Shown here: positions 47,555 to 57,304 of the stretch, piece by piece
How positions within the stretch are numbered: position 1 is the first letter of the stretch
Layout: every line of letters starts with the position of its first letter
DNA from: Bacteroidales bacterium
GTDB lineage: Bacteria > Bacteroidota > Bacteroidia > Bacteroidales > UBA12077
Length of the DNA stretch: 64,000 nt
Assembly: GCA_036351015.1 (NCBI GenBank)
Contig: JAZBOG010000003.1
Span: 257,102-321,101, forward strand
Direction: 5' to 3'
Notes under the pieces: model-generated
Told to the model about the DNA's origin: nothing
The model's database searches: none
The model's input: only the letters and a program-made list of their open reading frames with translations
Made by a program: the position numbers and the translations under genes

Positions 47555-49108
47555 TTAAAATACCTCCCTCAACAATTTTTTCATACTTACCTTCTCGTCC
47601 ACAATCCCGGCCAATTTATCCATCTGAACCCGTTCCTGCTCCATGGTATCCCGGTCTCGTATGGTTACCGTATGATCTTCCAGCGTTTGATGATCAATCG
47701 TTATACAGTAGGGAGTTCCAATAGCATCCTGGCGTCTGTATCTTTTGCCAATCGAATCCTTTTCATCATACTGGCACATAAAATCGATCTTTAACTCATC
47801 GATAATCTCTCGTGCTTTTTCGGGTAATCCGTCTTTTTTAACCAGGGGCAATACAGCCAGTTTTATGGGCGCCAAAGCAGGCGGTATTTTTAAAACCACC
47901 CGGGTATCCACCTCGCCATTTTCTTTCGGCACCTCTTCCTCGCAATAGGCAGCAGTCAGTATGGATAAAAATGTCCTGTCCAGTCCGATAGAAGTTTCCA
48001 CCACGTAAGGAACAAAGCTTTCGCCCGATTCAGGGTCATAATACTGAATTTTCTTCCCCGAGAACTCCTGGTGTTTGGACAAATCAAAATCGGTTCTCGA
48101 ATGAATCCCTTCCAGCTCCTTAAATCCAAAAGGAAATTCAAACTCAATATCATAGGCAGCATTGGCGTAATGAGCCAGCTTATCGTGCTCGTGCAACCGG
48201 TATTTCTCTTTGGGTAACCCCATGGCTTCGTGCCATTTGATACGGAGATTCTTCCAATGCTCAAACCACTCTTTCTCGGTACCCGGTTTTACAAAATATT
48301 GCATCTCCATTTGCTCAAACTCACGCATACGGAAAATAAACTGACGGGCAACGATCTCGTTCCGGAAAGCTTTTCCTATTTGTGCAATCCCAAAAGGCAG
48401 CTTCATACGCCCGGTTTTTTGCACATTCAGATAGTTCACAAAAATACCCTGTGCCGTTTCCGGACGTAAATAGATCTTATTGGCTCCATCTGCCAGAGAA
48501 CCCAGTTTCGTTTCAAACATCAGGTTAAACTGACGAACATCGGTCCAGTTTTTGGAACCCGAAACCGGGTCGGCAATTTCATAGTCAAGGATAATCTGTT
48601 TAATCTCCTTCAAATCATCTGATTCCAAAGCTTTAACCAGACGTCCATTGATTTCATCAATCTTTTTCTGGTTTCTGAGAACATTGGGGTTGGTTTCCAA
48701 AAATTGTTTCTCGTCAAAATCATCGCCAAACTTTTTCCTTCCCTTTATAACTTCCTTATCTATCTTTTGTTGGTATTTACTGATATAATCTTCAATTAAT
48801 TCATCGGCCCGGTATCGTTTTTTTGAATCTTTATTGTCGATTAACGGATCATTAAAAGCCGCCAGGTGTCCGGATGCTTTCCAGGTTTCGGGATGCATAA
48901 AAATGGCCGCATCAATACCCACAATATTTTCATTCATCTTTACCATCGAATCCCACCAGTACTGCTTAATGTTATTCTTGAGTTCCGAACCATACTGACC
49001 ATAATCATAAACGGCACTCAGTCCGTCATAGATCTCACTGGACTGAAAAATATATCCATATTCTTTTGCGTGTGCTATCAACTTCTTAAATAAATCGTCT
49101 TGAGCCAT
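47555..49108 (-). CDS. glyQS: glycine--tRNA ligase (homodimeric class II type)
   Basis: The protein begins MAQDDLFKKLIAHAKEYGYIFQSSEIYDGLSAVYDYGQYG and contains YLRPETAQGIFVN and class II motifs. The start is placed at the internal Met; the listed 28-aa extension looks non-coding. Confidence 0.92.
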   Translation of the reverse strand: MAQDDLFKKLIAHAKEYGYIFQSSEIYDGLSAVYDYGQYGSELKNNIKQYWWDSMVKMNENIVGIDAAIFMHPETWKASGHLAAFNDPLIDNKDSKKRYRADELIEDYISKYQQKIDKEVIKGRKKFGDDFDEKQFLETNPNVLRNQKKIDEINGRLVKALESDDLKEIKQIILDYEIADPVSGSKNWTDVRQFNLMFETKLGSLADGANKIYLRPETAQGIFVNYLNVQKTGRMKLPFGIAQIGKAFRNEIVARQFIFRMREFEQMEMQYFVKPGTEKEWFEHWKNLRIKWHEAMGLPKEKYRLHEHDKLAHYANAAYDIEFEFPFGFKELEGIHSRTDFDLSKHQEFSGKKIQYYDPESGESFVPYVVETSIGLDRTFLSILTAAYCEEEVPKENGEVDTRVVLKIPPALAPIKLAVLPLVKKDGLPEKAREIIDELKIDFMCQYDEKDSIGKRYRRQDAIGTPYCITIDHQTLEDHTVTIRDRDTMEQERVQMDKLAGIVDEKVSMKKLLREVF

Positions 49109-49302
49109 ATTTTTTGTTTGATTAGTGTTTGAAAAAACGTTGGACAAAAATAGTTGAAAATGTTTTGATATCATAACATTCGAATACAACATTTTCCTTT
49201 CCTTTTAGTGGCCGCCTGAAGCGGCCTCGAGGATAAAATATTATTAGAGTCGTATTTTTGCCAAAGATGTTTTATGGTTAGGACTCAATGAATAGTATTT
49301 AT

Positions 49303-49310
49303 TATCTTTG
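49303..49310 (+). promoter_or_regulatory. candidate -7 box (TATCTTTG) for nadB
   Basis: The box matches TAnnTTTG 29 nt upstream of the ATG at 49339. A second match, TATTTTTG, lies at 49253-49260. Confidence 0.3.
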
Positions 49311-49338
49311 CTTTGTATTTTAAGAATTTTAATAAACT

Positions 49339-50919
49339 ATGGTTAGAAAAACCGATTTTTTGGTTATCGGAACAGGAATTGCCGGATTAAGCTATGCATT
49401 AAAAGTAGCCGAACATGGCCAGGTAATTTTAATCAGTAAAGCAGATGTACAAGAAACCAATACCCAATATGCCCAGGGAGGGATTGCTGCTGTCACCTAC
49501 TCCCCCGACAATTATGAAAAACATATCCAGGACACCCTGATTGCCGGAGATGGATTATGCACCCAGGAAGTGGTGGAAATGGTAGTACGTGAAGCTCCTG
49601 AGCAAATTAAACAACTTATCGAATGGGGAGTAAAATTTGACCAAGATGAGCAGGGGAAATATGACTTAGGACGTGAAGGGGGGCATTCCGAATACAGGGT
49701 ACTACACCACAAAGACAATACCGGCCAGGAGATTCAGAATTCATTGGTAAGACAAGTAAAAGCCCATCCCAACATTGAAATTCTAGAATACCATTTTGCA
49801 GTGGATATCATTACCCAGCATCATTTAGGGAAGCTGGTCAAACGAAGTCATAAAGACACAGAATGCTACGGAGCCTATGTTCTGGATTTAAATACCGATC
49901 AGGTACATACCTTTTTATCGAAAACTACCCTCATGGCTACCGGAGGAACCGGAAACCTGTATGCCACGACCACCAATCCCAAAATAGCTACCGGCGATGG
50001 AGTAGCCATGGTTTATCGGGCAAAAGGGGTGATTGAAAATATGGAATTTATCCAGTTCCATCCCACCTCCCTGTACAACCCTGGTGAACGGCCTTCGTTT
50101 CTAATCACCGAGGCATTAAGAGGATTTGGGGCTGTATTAAAAACTACCGACGGGAAGGAGTTTATGTCCAAATACGACCAACGAGGCTGCCTTGCTCCCA
50201 GGGATATTGTTGCCCGGGCCATCGATCATGAGATGAAAATCAGGGGGGATGATTATGTTCACCTGGATTGTTCGCATCTGGATGATAAAAAACTAAAAGA
50301 ACACTTTCCCAATATCCATCAAAAGTGCTTATCCCTGAATATTGATATTACGAAAGATCCGATTCCTGTTGTTCCTGCAGCCCATTACATGTGCGGAGGG
50401 ATAAAAGTAGACCGCAAGGGAAGAAGTTCTATCCACCGGCTGTATGCTGCCGGCGAAGTATCATCTACCGGATTGCACGGGGCCAACCGACTGGCCAGCA
50501 ATTCCTTGTCCGAAGCCGTGGTTTATGCCGACAGGGCTGCCCGGGATTCAATCGAAGTTGCCCACAAGGCCACCCTCCGGGAAAACATCCCGGAATGGAA
50601 TGCACACGGAACCACCTACCCGGAGGAGATGGTAATGATTACCCAAAATTATAAAGAGGTACAACAGATCATGTCTAACTACGTTGGTATTGTGCGTTCG
50701 AACCTGCGCCTGGAAAGAGCCATGCGGCGTCTGGAGATCATTTATAAAGAAACTGAAAAATTATATGAAAAATCCGTTCTTTCTCAGAAGCTATGCGAGC
50801 TAAGGAACCTAATCAATGTTGGGTATCTTATCATCAAAATGGCAAAAAGCCTGCACGAAAGTCGGGGATTACACTACACCATCGACTATCCCAAGAAAGG
50901 ATCAGTGAGTGAATTTTAG
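49339..50919 (+). CDS. nadB: L-aspartate oxidase
   Basis: The FAD motif is DFLVIGTGIAGLSYAL. The protein also contains YAQGGIAA, FIQFHPT and HGANRLASNSL, and is 526 aa long. Confidence 0.92.
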   Translation: MVRKTDFLVIGTGIAGLSYALKVAEHGQVILISKADVQETNTQYAQGGIAAVTYSPDNYEKHIQDTLIAGDGLCTQEVVEMVVREAPEQIKQLIEWGVKFDQDEQGKYDLGREGGHSEYRVLHHKDNTGQEIQNSLVRQVKAHPNIEILEYHFAVDIITQHHLGKLVKRSHKDTECYGAYVLDLNTDQVHTFLSKTTLMATGGTGNLYATTTNPKIATGDGVAMVYRAKGVIENMEFIQFHPTSLYNPGERPSFLITEALRGFGAVLKTTDGKEFMSKYDQRGCLAPRDIVARAIDHEMKIRGDDYVHLDCSHLDDKKLKEHFPNIHQKCLSLNIDITKDPIPVVPAAHYMCGGIKVDRKGRSSIHRLYAAGEVSSTGLHGANRLASNSLSEAVVYADRAARDSIEVAHKATLRENIPEWNAHGTTYPEEMVMITQNYKEVQQIMSNYVGIVRSNLRLERAMRRLEIIYKETEKLYEKSVLSQKLCELRNLINVGYLIIKMAKSLHESRGLHYTIDYPKKGSVSEF

Positions 50920-51012
50920 TGAATAATTTAATGATTTTTTCATAATCTAATCCCTGAAAAATTAGTATTTTAGCCGTTTATTTGCACAAAAATTACAAAG
51001 AATTATTCATGT

Positions 51013-52113
51013 ATGGCTTCTCCAATCCGAAAAATATTAAGTCCTGTTCTACTTCCCCTAAGCTTACTTTACGGATTCATCGTTTATCTAAGGAATCGTC
51101 TGTTTGATTACGGGGTTTTCAAATCAACGTCTTTTAATTTACCGATAATTTCCATAGGAAACCTTACGGTTGGGGGTACAGGAAAAACTCCTCATGTTGA
51201 ATACCTGGCAGATCTTCTGCAGCAGGAGTTTAACGTGGCCACTTTAAGCCGGGGATACAAAAGAAAAACCCGGGGATTTATTCTGGCTGACCAACAATCA
51301 ACGGCGACTGAGATAGGGGATGAACCCCGACAGATCAAACAAAAATTTCCACATATCGAAGTTGCCGTGGATCATAAAAGAGTAAGAGGGATTCAAAATC
51401 TTATGCGCAATAAAAAAGATCTGGACGTGATCTTGCTGGATGACGCCTTTCAGCACAGGCAGGTAGAAACAAACCTTTCCATATTGTTGGTGGACTATAA
51501 CCGGCCGATTGGAAAAGACTTCATGCTCCCCCTGGGGAACCTGCGCGAACAAGCTTTTGAAAAAAAACGTGCCAGCATTATCATCATCACCAAAGCACCA
51601 AAAAATATTCAACCCATCGAACGACGGGTCCTGTTTAATGAATTACATCCCTTTCCCTTCCAGGATGTATACTTTACTACCTTTGATTATGGTAATTTAA
51701 CCCCGGTTTTCGGAGATAGCGAGGTTTTAAGCCTTGAAGGGGAGAAACCCGAAATATTACTGGTTACAGGAATTGCAAACCCCTCGCCACTAGAGGAGTA
51801 CCTTAGAGAAAATATCTCGGATAAAATAAATACCCTAAAATTCCCGGATCATTATCAATTCAAAAAATCGGATATTCAAAACATTCAGCATCGCTTTGAC
51901 ACCATGGCATCACCCAATAAAATCATGATTACTTCGGAAAAAGATGCCATGCGTTTCCATAAATTTACTAATATTGCAGATAATCTGAAAAAATCATTTT
52001 TTTATATTCCGATTAAAGTTCGGTTTTTAAATAACAAAACAGATAATTTTAATCAGCAAATCATTGACTATGTTAGAAACAATAAAAAGCACAGCTTCCT
52101 TTATCCAGGATAA
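51013..52113 (+). CDS. lpxK: tetraacyldisaccharide 4'-kinase
   Basis: The protein contains ISIGNLTVGGTGKTPHVEYLA (Walker A), LSRGYKRK and LLDDAFQHR. Confidence 0.88.
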   Translation: MASPIRKILSPVLLPLSLLYGFIVYLRNRLFDYGVFKSTSFNLPIISIGNLTVGGTGKTPHVEYLADLLQQEFNVATLSRGYKRKTRGFILADQQSTATEIGDEPRQIKQKFPHIEVAVDHKRVRGIQNLMRNKKDLDVILLDDAFQHRQVETNLSILLVDYNRPIGKDFMLPLGNLREQAFEKKRASIIIITKAPKNIQPIERRVLFNELHPFPFQDVYFTTFDYGNLTPVFGDSEVLSLEGEKPEILLVTGIANPSPLEEYLRENISDKINTLKFPDHYQFKKSDIQNIQHRFDTMASPNKIMITSEKDAMRFHKFTNIADNLKKSFFYIPIKVRFLNNKTDNFNQQIIDYVRNNKKHSFLYPG

Positions 52114-52879
52114 GATCAGTGAAAAGCCTGAGGTAGGAATTATATTAGGTACAGGATTAGGAGGGCTAGTTAAAGAAATTGATATCAAGCAAACCCTTGA
52201 CTATGAAAACATTCCAAACTTTCCGGTTTCAACCGTTGAAGGGCACCATGGCCGATTAATTTTTGGAAAACTGGGAGGTAAGAATATCGTTGCTATGCAG
52301 GGAAGATTTCATTATTACGAAGGCTATGCCATGCAGGAAGTTACTTTCCCGGTTCGGGTAATGAAATTACTCGGCATAAAAAACCTTATGGTTTCAAATG
52401 CCAGCGGAGGAGTTAATCCAGATTATGAAATTGGTGATTTAATGATCCTAGACGACCATATTAATCTTATTCCCAACCCATTAATCGGGAAAAATCACAA
52501 TGAACTGGGGACCCGTTTCCCCGACATGAGCGAACCCTACGATCATATTTTAATTGAAAAGGCAAAGCGTATTGCAAAGAAGAACAACCTCAAAGTACAG
52601 GTCGGCTGTTATGTGGCAACCACAGGACCAACCTTTGAAACTCCTAAAGAATATCAGTATTTTAGGATTATTGGTGGCGATACCGTAGGAATGTCAACCG
52701 TTCCTGAAGTTATTGTTGCCCGCCACATGGGTATCCCATGTTTTGCCATCTCCATCATTACCGACCTGGGAGTTCCCGGAAAAATTGTACAGGTTACCCA
52801 TGAGGAGGTTCAGAAAGTTGCTGCTCAGGCAGAAACCAAGATGACCCTCATCATGAAAGAGCTGATTGCTCAAATTTAA
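52070..52879 (+). CDS. purine nucleoside phosphorylase (trimeric PNP family)
   Basis: The protein contains GIILGTGLG, EGHHGRLIFGKLGG, GRFHYYEG and GGDTVGMSTVPEVIVARHMG. It overlaps the 3' end of lpxK. Confidence 0.88.
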   Translation: MLETIKSTASFIQDKISEKPEVGIILGTGLGGLVKEIDIKQTLDYENIPNFPVSTVEGHHGRLIFGKLGGKNIVAMQGRFHYYEGYAMQEVTFPVRVMKLLGIKNLMVSNASGGVNPDYEIGDLMILDDHINLIPNPLIGKNHNELGTRFPDMSEPYDHILIEKAKRIAKKNNLKVQVGCYVATTGPTFETPKEYQYFRIIGGDTVGMSTVPEVIVARHMGIPCFAISIITDLGVPGKIVQVTHEEVQKVAAQAETKMTLIMKELIAQI

Positions 52880-52884
52880 AACAC

Positions 52885-52906
52885 GCCGGGTATTCCCGGC
52901 TTTTTT
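52885..52906 (+). terminator. short rho-independent terminator after the PNP gene
   Basis: GCCGGG-tatt-CCCGGC is followed by TTTTTT. It ends 6 nt before the MFS start codon. Confidence 0.55.
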
Positions 52907-52912
52907 CATGGT

Positions 52913-54076
52913 ATGGAAAAAGAGCAAAAAGCATTCCAGCTGAAAAATGTTATCAGTGTATCGTTTGCCCATTTTATGCACGATGTGTACTCGGCATTTC
53001 TTGCTCCCATTGTGCCTTTGCTTAAAAACAAACTCCAGATAAACAATACTCTGGTCAGCCTGCTCTTTGTTGCCCAACAAATACCCTCGTTGTTTAATCC
53101 GCTGATAGGCATTATTGCCGACAACCTTAGGATCAGGTACCTGGTCATTCTTGCCCCGGCGATTACAACCATATGCATGAGTTTAATCGGCCTGGCGCCC
53201 CACTATATTCTACTTATCGTATTGCTTTTTGTAATGGGCATCAGTAATGCCATGTTTCATGTTCCAACCCCCGTATTAATCAAAAAGATTGCCGGCAACC
53301 GGGTGGGTAAAGGGATGAGTTTTTATATGCTGGGAGGCGAGGCCGCAAGAACAATCGGTCCGCTGGTAATAGTAGCTGCAGTGAATTACTGGACCCTGGA
53401 GGGGACCTACCGGTTAATTCCTTTTGGCCTTTTTGCCTCGGCACTTCTTTATTTCAGGCTGAGAAAAATTAATGTCTCGGCAAGCATCCAACGAAACCGT
53501 TCGATGAAAGGAATAAAAGCAACTTTTAAAGAACACCTTCCGTTTTTTATTCTTATTGCCGGAGTAATGTTCTTTCGCGGCTTTATGAAAACCTCATTAA
53601 CGAATTTTTTACCAACCTACCTGGATGAAAAGGGTGGCAGCCTTTGGCTGGGAGGTATCTCTCTTTCTGTTTTCGAATTTGCCGGGGCTGCAGGAGCCTA
53701 TCTTTCAGGTACCTTCTCCGATAAAATCGGACGGTTAAAAATGTTAACCTTTATTATCCTGGTTTCACCGGTGTTAATGCTGGCCTTTGTCTATACCGAA
53801 GGAGGAATGATGTTCCCGGTCCTTCTCCTGTTAGGCTTTTTTCTGATCTCGTCAACCCCGGTTATCTTAGCCCTTGTTATGGATATTGACTCAGAACACC
53901 AGGCATTTCTAAGCGGAATATTCATGTTCATCTCTTTTGTTTCTACCTCGGTAACAGCATTTATCGTGGGAGTCCTTAGCGACTTCATCGGACTGGTCGA
54001 CACTTATAAAGTAGCTTCCATCCTGGCTTTTTTGGCGATTCCTTTTGTTTTGGTTTTAAGAAAACGTTTTCCGTAA
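52913..54076 (+). CDS. MFS transporter
   Basis: The 387-aa protein has about 12 TM segments and an N-terminal SFAHFMHDVYSAFLAPIVPLL pattern. Confidence 0.8.
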   Translation: MEKEQKAFQLKNVISVSFAHFMHDVYSAFLAPIVPLLKNKLQINNTLVSLLFVAQQIPSLFNPLIGIIADNLRIRYLVILAPAITTICMSLIGLAPHYILLIVLLFVMGISNAMFHVPTPVLIKKIAGNRVGKGMSFYMLGGEAARTIGPLVIVAAVNYWTLEGTYRLIPFGLFASALLYFRLRKINVSASIQRNRSMKGIKATFKEHLPFFILIAGVMFFRGFMKTSLTNFLPTYLDEKGGSLWLGGISLSVFEFAGAAGAYLSGTFSDKIGRLKMLTFIILVSPVLMLAFVYTEGGMMFPVLLLLGFFLISSTPVILALVMDIDSEHQAFLSGIFMFISFVSTSVTAFIVGVLSDFIGLVDTYKVASILAFLAIPFVLVLRKRFP

Positions 54077-54138
54077 GAAAATATTACCTTTGAATCAGGA
54101 GGGGAAAAAACAATATCCCCCTTTTAAATTATTCGTTT

Positions 54139-56025
54139 ATGCAATCCTATTTCGGTAAAATAAACCTGAACAATAACAGTGTAAACCAGGAAGATGTTGT
54201 TGGTGCTCTTAAAGAACTATCCCCCGGAAAGAACCTTAATCAATCGATGATTTGCAATCACCATTATGGACTGGGAGCCATTGAAATTTTCCCTGCCAAA
54301 CACCGCAACACCAAGCATTCTCCTTTCAAATCAGGAGCTTACATAATTTTAGAGGATTGCAGGATCGACAACCGCGAAACATTGATCCGTAAACTTAATC
54401 TTGATTCTAAAAGCATCACCGACCCCGAATTGATTCTGCAATGCTTTCAGCGATGGAAAGCAGACTGTCCAAAATACTTAACCGGCGATTTCTCTTTTGC
54501 GATATGGAACACAGAAACCCATGAACTATTTTGTGCCAGAGACCACTTTGGCGTAAAACCATTGAATTATTACCTGGATGATCATCAATTTATTTTTTCA
54601 ACAGAGATTCGGGGTATTTTAAGCCAGCAAAATTTAGACTTAACCATCGACCAGCAATTTATTGCCGACACCCTCTCCATTATAAAGTCTGATCATTCCA
54701 GGTCAACGTACCAGGGAATAAGAAAACTTCCCCCGGCACATTCCCTTCACCTAAAAAATAAGGAACTTACTCTCAGGAGATACTGGGAGTTAAAACCTGC
54801 ATACACTTCATGCAAGGACGAAGAGGAGTATATCCGCCGGTTTAAAGAATTACTCAACCAGGCTGTTCAACGCAGGCTGGAAGATCCGGTAAACTATGGC
54901 GCCGAGTTAAGCGGGGGTATTGACTCTTCAAGCATCGCCTCTTTGGCCTCCCGTCGGGTAACCCTAAAAACCTTTTCACACGTCATGCCCGATGAAATGA
55001 TCGGGAAAGTGCATCCGTTTAACGATGAGAAAAAATATATCCGTTTACTTAACGATTTCTGCAATATCAACCAACGATTTTTAATCACTTCTGAAAATTC
55101 GGGCATCATCCAGGCTCTGGAAAACAGCCTACTCCTCAACCAGGGGATTGTACAACAGAACTTTAGTGTGTTTTCTGACCAGCTCTACCAGGAAGCCGAA
55201 AATCAGAACGTGCAGGTATTGCTTTCGGGCTTTGGAGGAGATGAAGTGGTAACCTCAAAGGCAGGCAACTATTTAAGAGAGATCCTTAAGGAGCGGGAGT
55301 TTAAAACCGACCTTAAAGCACAAGGCCTCCCAACAATTGCCATTCACCTTACCAAATTTAAATACTGGTTAAAAAACAATTTTCCCCAGGCAACAAACCT
55401 TCTCCTGGCTTTAATAAAAGGGAAAAAATGGTGGGCCAGAAAATATAAAAATCTGGCCATTCAGAAGTCATTCAACCGACAATTTAATATTAAGCAACGT
55501 TATATTAATTATTATCAATCCATCCGAAGAGACAACCTGACAGAACAATCCACCGAAAGAATAACGCATCCGCATGTAGCACAGCGACTGGAATACAGCT
55601 CACTTGCGGCAAAACACCACGGGATCGAATATCGCTATCCACTCCTAGATAAAGATTTAATTGAATTTTATCTTTCGATGCCTCAACGACTGAAAGCAAA
55701 AAACGGAGTCTTACGGTACACTATCCGCCAGGCAATGGATGGTTACCTCCCCGAAGAGATCCAGTGGAGGGATGATAAAAGCGGAGCTACGATACCTACT
55801 GTTTTTATGCGGACCTTGATCGATAAAAATAAAATTTTCAGGATCATGGAACGGGCGAAATCCAACCCGGCTATTACCCGGTACATTGATATGCATAAGT
55901 ATCAACAATGGAGTACCCGCTTTTTTCAACGATCAGCAAAAAATAAATTTATCAATCCGGGAGCATTTTTTAATTACCTTAAACTGATTTTATTTATTGA
56001 AAATAATCCTTCCTTATTTAAATGA
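54139..56025 (+). CDS. asparagine-synthetase-like lasso peptide cyclase (macrolactam synthetase, C protein)
   Basis: The PP-loop is AELSGGIDSSSIASLA. The AsnB-like N-terminal domain (RDHFGVKPLYY-type: RDHFGVKPLNYY) begins MQSYFG without the catalytic Cys2 of true glutamine-dependent AsnB. The length is 628 aa. A PF14907-like nucleotidyltransferase follows with a 4-nt overlap. Confidence 0.75.
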   Translation: MQSYFGKINLNNNSVNQEDVVGALKELSPGKNLNQSMICNHHYGLGAIEIFPAKHRNTKHSPFKSGAYIILEDCRIDNRETLIRKLNLDSKSITDPELILQCFQRWKADCPKYLTGDFSFAIWNTETHELFCARDHFGVKPLNYYLDDHQFIFSTEIRGILSQQNLDLTIDQQFIADTLSIIKSDHSRSTYQGIRKLPPAHSLHLKNKELTLRRYWELKPAYTSCKDEEEYIRRFKELLNQAVQRRLEDPVNYGAELSGGIDSSSIASLASRRVTLKTFSHVMPDEMIGKVHPFNDEKKYIRLLNDFCNINQRFLITSENSGIIQALENSLLLNQGIVQQNFSVFSDQLYQEAENQNVQVLLSGFGGDEVVTSKAGNYLREILKEREFKTDLKAQGLPTIAIHLTKFKYWLKNNFPQATNLLLALIKGKKWWARKYKNLAIQKSFNRQFNIKQRYINYYQSIRRDNLTEQSTERITHPHVAQRLEYSSLAAKHHGIEYRYPLLDKDLIEFYLSMPQRLKAKNGVLRYTIRQAMDGYLPEEIQWRDDKSGATIPTVFMRTLIDKNKIFRIMERAKSNPAITRYIDMHKYQQWSTRFFQRSAKNKFINPGAFFNYLKLILFIENNPSLFK

Positions 56026-57188
56026 CAAGCAAAGCGCAACATATCATTTCCCAATATCCGGTGGAGTTACAATTGATTCTTTTATTTTCGCAGGATCATT
56101 TGTCGGGTGAAGCCATTGAAAAAATTAAGCGACTCGAAAAACAGGCAGACTGGACCTTATTTTTTGCCCTGGCCAAAAAACACCGGTTAATTTCTCATAT
56201 TACAAGATCTGCATATTTATTAAAACCGGAAATTAAAAAGCAAGTTAATACAACCCATAAAGCCCTATCTAAAAAGGCTTTGCTATATAGCAAACATTTA
56301 ATTAGCATCCACCAGATCTTAAAAAAAGAGCATATTCCCCACACCTTTTTCAAAGGGCCTTTATTATCCTTATCTCTATACCACGACATTGGTTTCAGGG
56401 ATTATAGAGACCTGGACATTTTAGTTCCTCTCTCCCGGATCGAAGTTGCCAAACGACGGATTCAGGAGCAAGGTTTTGTAATGCATGCTCCATCCTTGGA
56501 GCTGACTCCAAAGCAACGAAAAATTAATTATTCAATCAGTCATCATTACCATCTCAGAAACCCTGATGACTCCACAGAAATAGAACTGCACTGGAACTTA
56601 ACCAATCCCAGAACCTACCTTCCTCTGCCAACAGAAAAGCTCATAGCTGAGTCAGAGAATATTGAGATCGCTCAGAACAGGTTACCCTATCTTTCGAAGG
56701 AGGCAAACCTTGTTTTTTTGGCAGCCCATGGTGCTATTCATCAATGGTATCGCCTTTTCTGGCTAAAGGATTTTTCAGAAATGCTCCGGCAAAGTAGAAC
56801 CGAAGAAATTGAACAGGCATACACCCTGGCAGAAAAGCTGAAACTGGAAAAAACTTTTGCCCAGGGCTGTAGGTTATCCAATATACTTTATAACAATACT
56901 GTTCCGGATTGCATCAACCGCAAAAATAATACAGTCTTTTTAACACACTGCGCACTCAGGGCTATAGCCGATAAAGACTTAAGGCAGCAAGGCATCCCGG
57001 GTAAAATAAAATTTCTGGGATACCGGTTACATCTTAAACCTGATCGTCATTATTTCTTCAGTTTACTTTTCAGATTACGCACTCATTATTCTGACTGGGA
57101 AGTACTTCCATTACCCAACTCCTTGTTTTTTCTTTACTATTGGCTCCGTCCATTGATCCTGTTCTACAAATTTTTACGTAAAAAATAA
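56022..57188 (+). CDS. nucleotidyltransferase-fold protein (uncharacterised NTP_transf_5 type, lasso-cluster associated)
   Basis: The protein is 388 aa and contains FFKGPLLSLSLYHDIGFRDYRDLDILV (the G..RxxxDLDILV nucleotidyltransferase motif) and IELHWNL. It is translationally coupled to the cyclase (ATGA overlap). Confidence 0.65.
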   Translation: MTSKAQHIISQYPVELQLILLFSQDHLSGEAIEKIKRLEKQADWTLFFALAKKHRLISHITRSAYLLKPEIKKQVNTTHKALSKKALLYSKHLISIHQILKKEHIPHTFFKGPLLSLSLYHDIGFRDYRDLDILVPLSRIEVAKRRIQEQGFVMHAPSLELTPKQRKINYSISHHYHLRNPDDSTEIELHWNLTNPRTYLPLPTEKLIAESENIEIAQNRLPYLSKEANLVFLAAHGAIHQWYRLFWLKDFSEMLRQSRTEEIEQAYTLAEKLKLEKTFAQGCRLSNILYNNTVPDCINRKNNTVFLTHCALRAIADKDLRQQGIPGKIKFLGYRLHLKPDRHYFFSLLFRLRTHYSDWEVLPLPNSLFFLYYWLRPLILFYKFLRKK

Positions 57189-57304
57189 TCACCAACCATA
57201 GAAATAACTACAGGCTTTTGTTTATTTATTCGCCAAAAAAATTGGCGGTTGTCATAAATTTTGTGTTATTTTATTTTTTGAAAAGGAACACCAACCTTTT
57301 GCCT

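Noticed and set aside
49211-49228. The GGCCGC-ctgaa-GCGGCC hairpin between divergent glyQS and nadB
   Set aside because: The hairpin is short and lies upstream of both genes, so it is not in a terminator position. It does not resemble a T-box or riboswitch.
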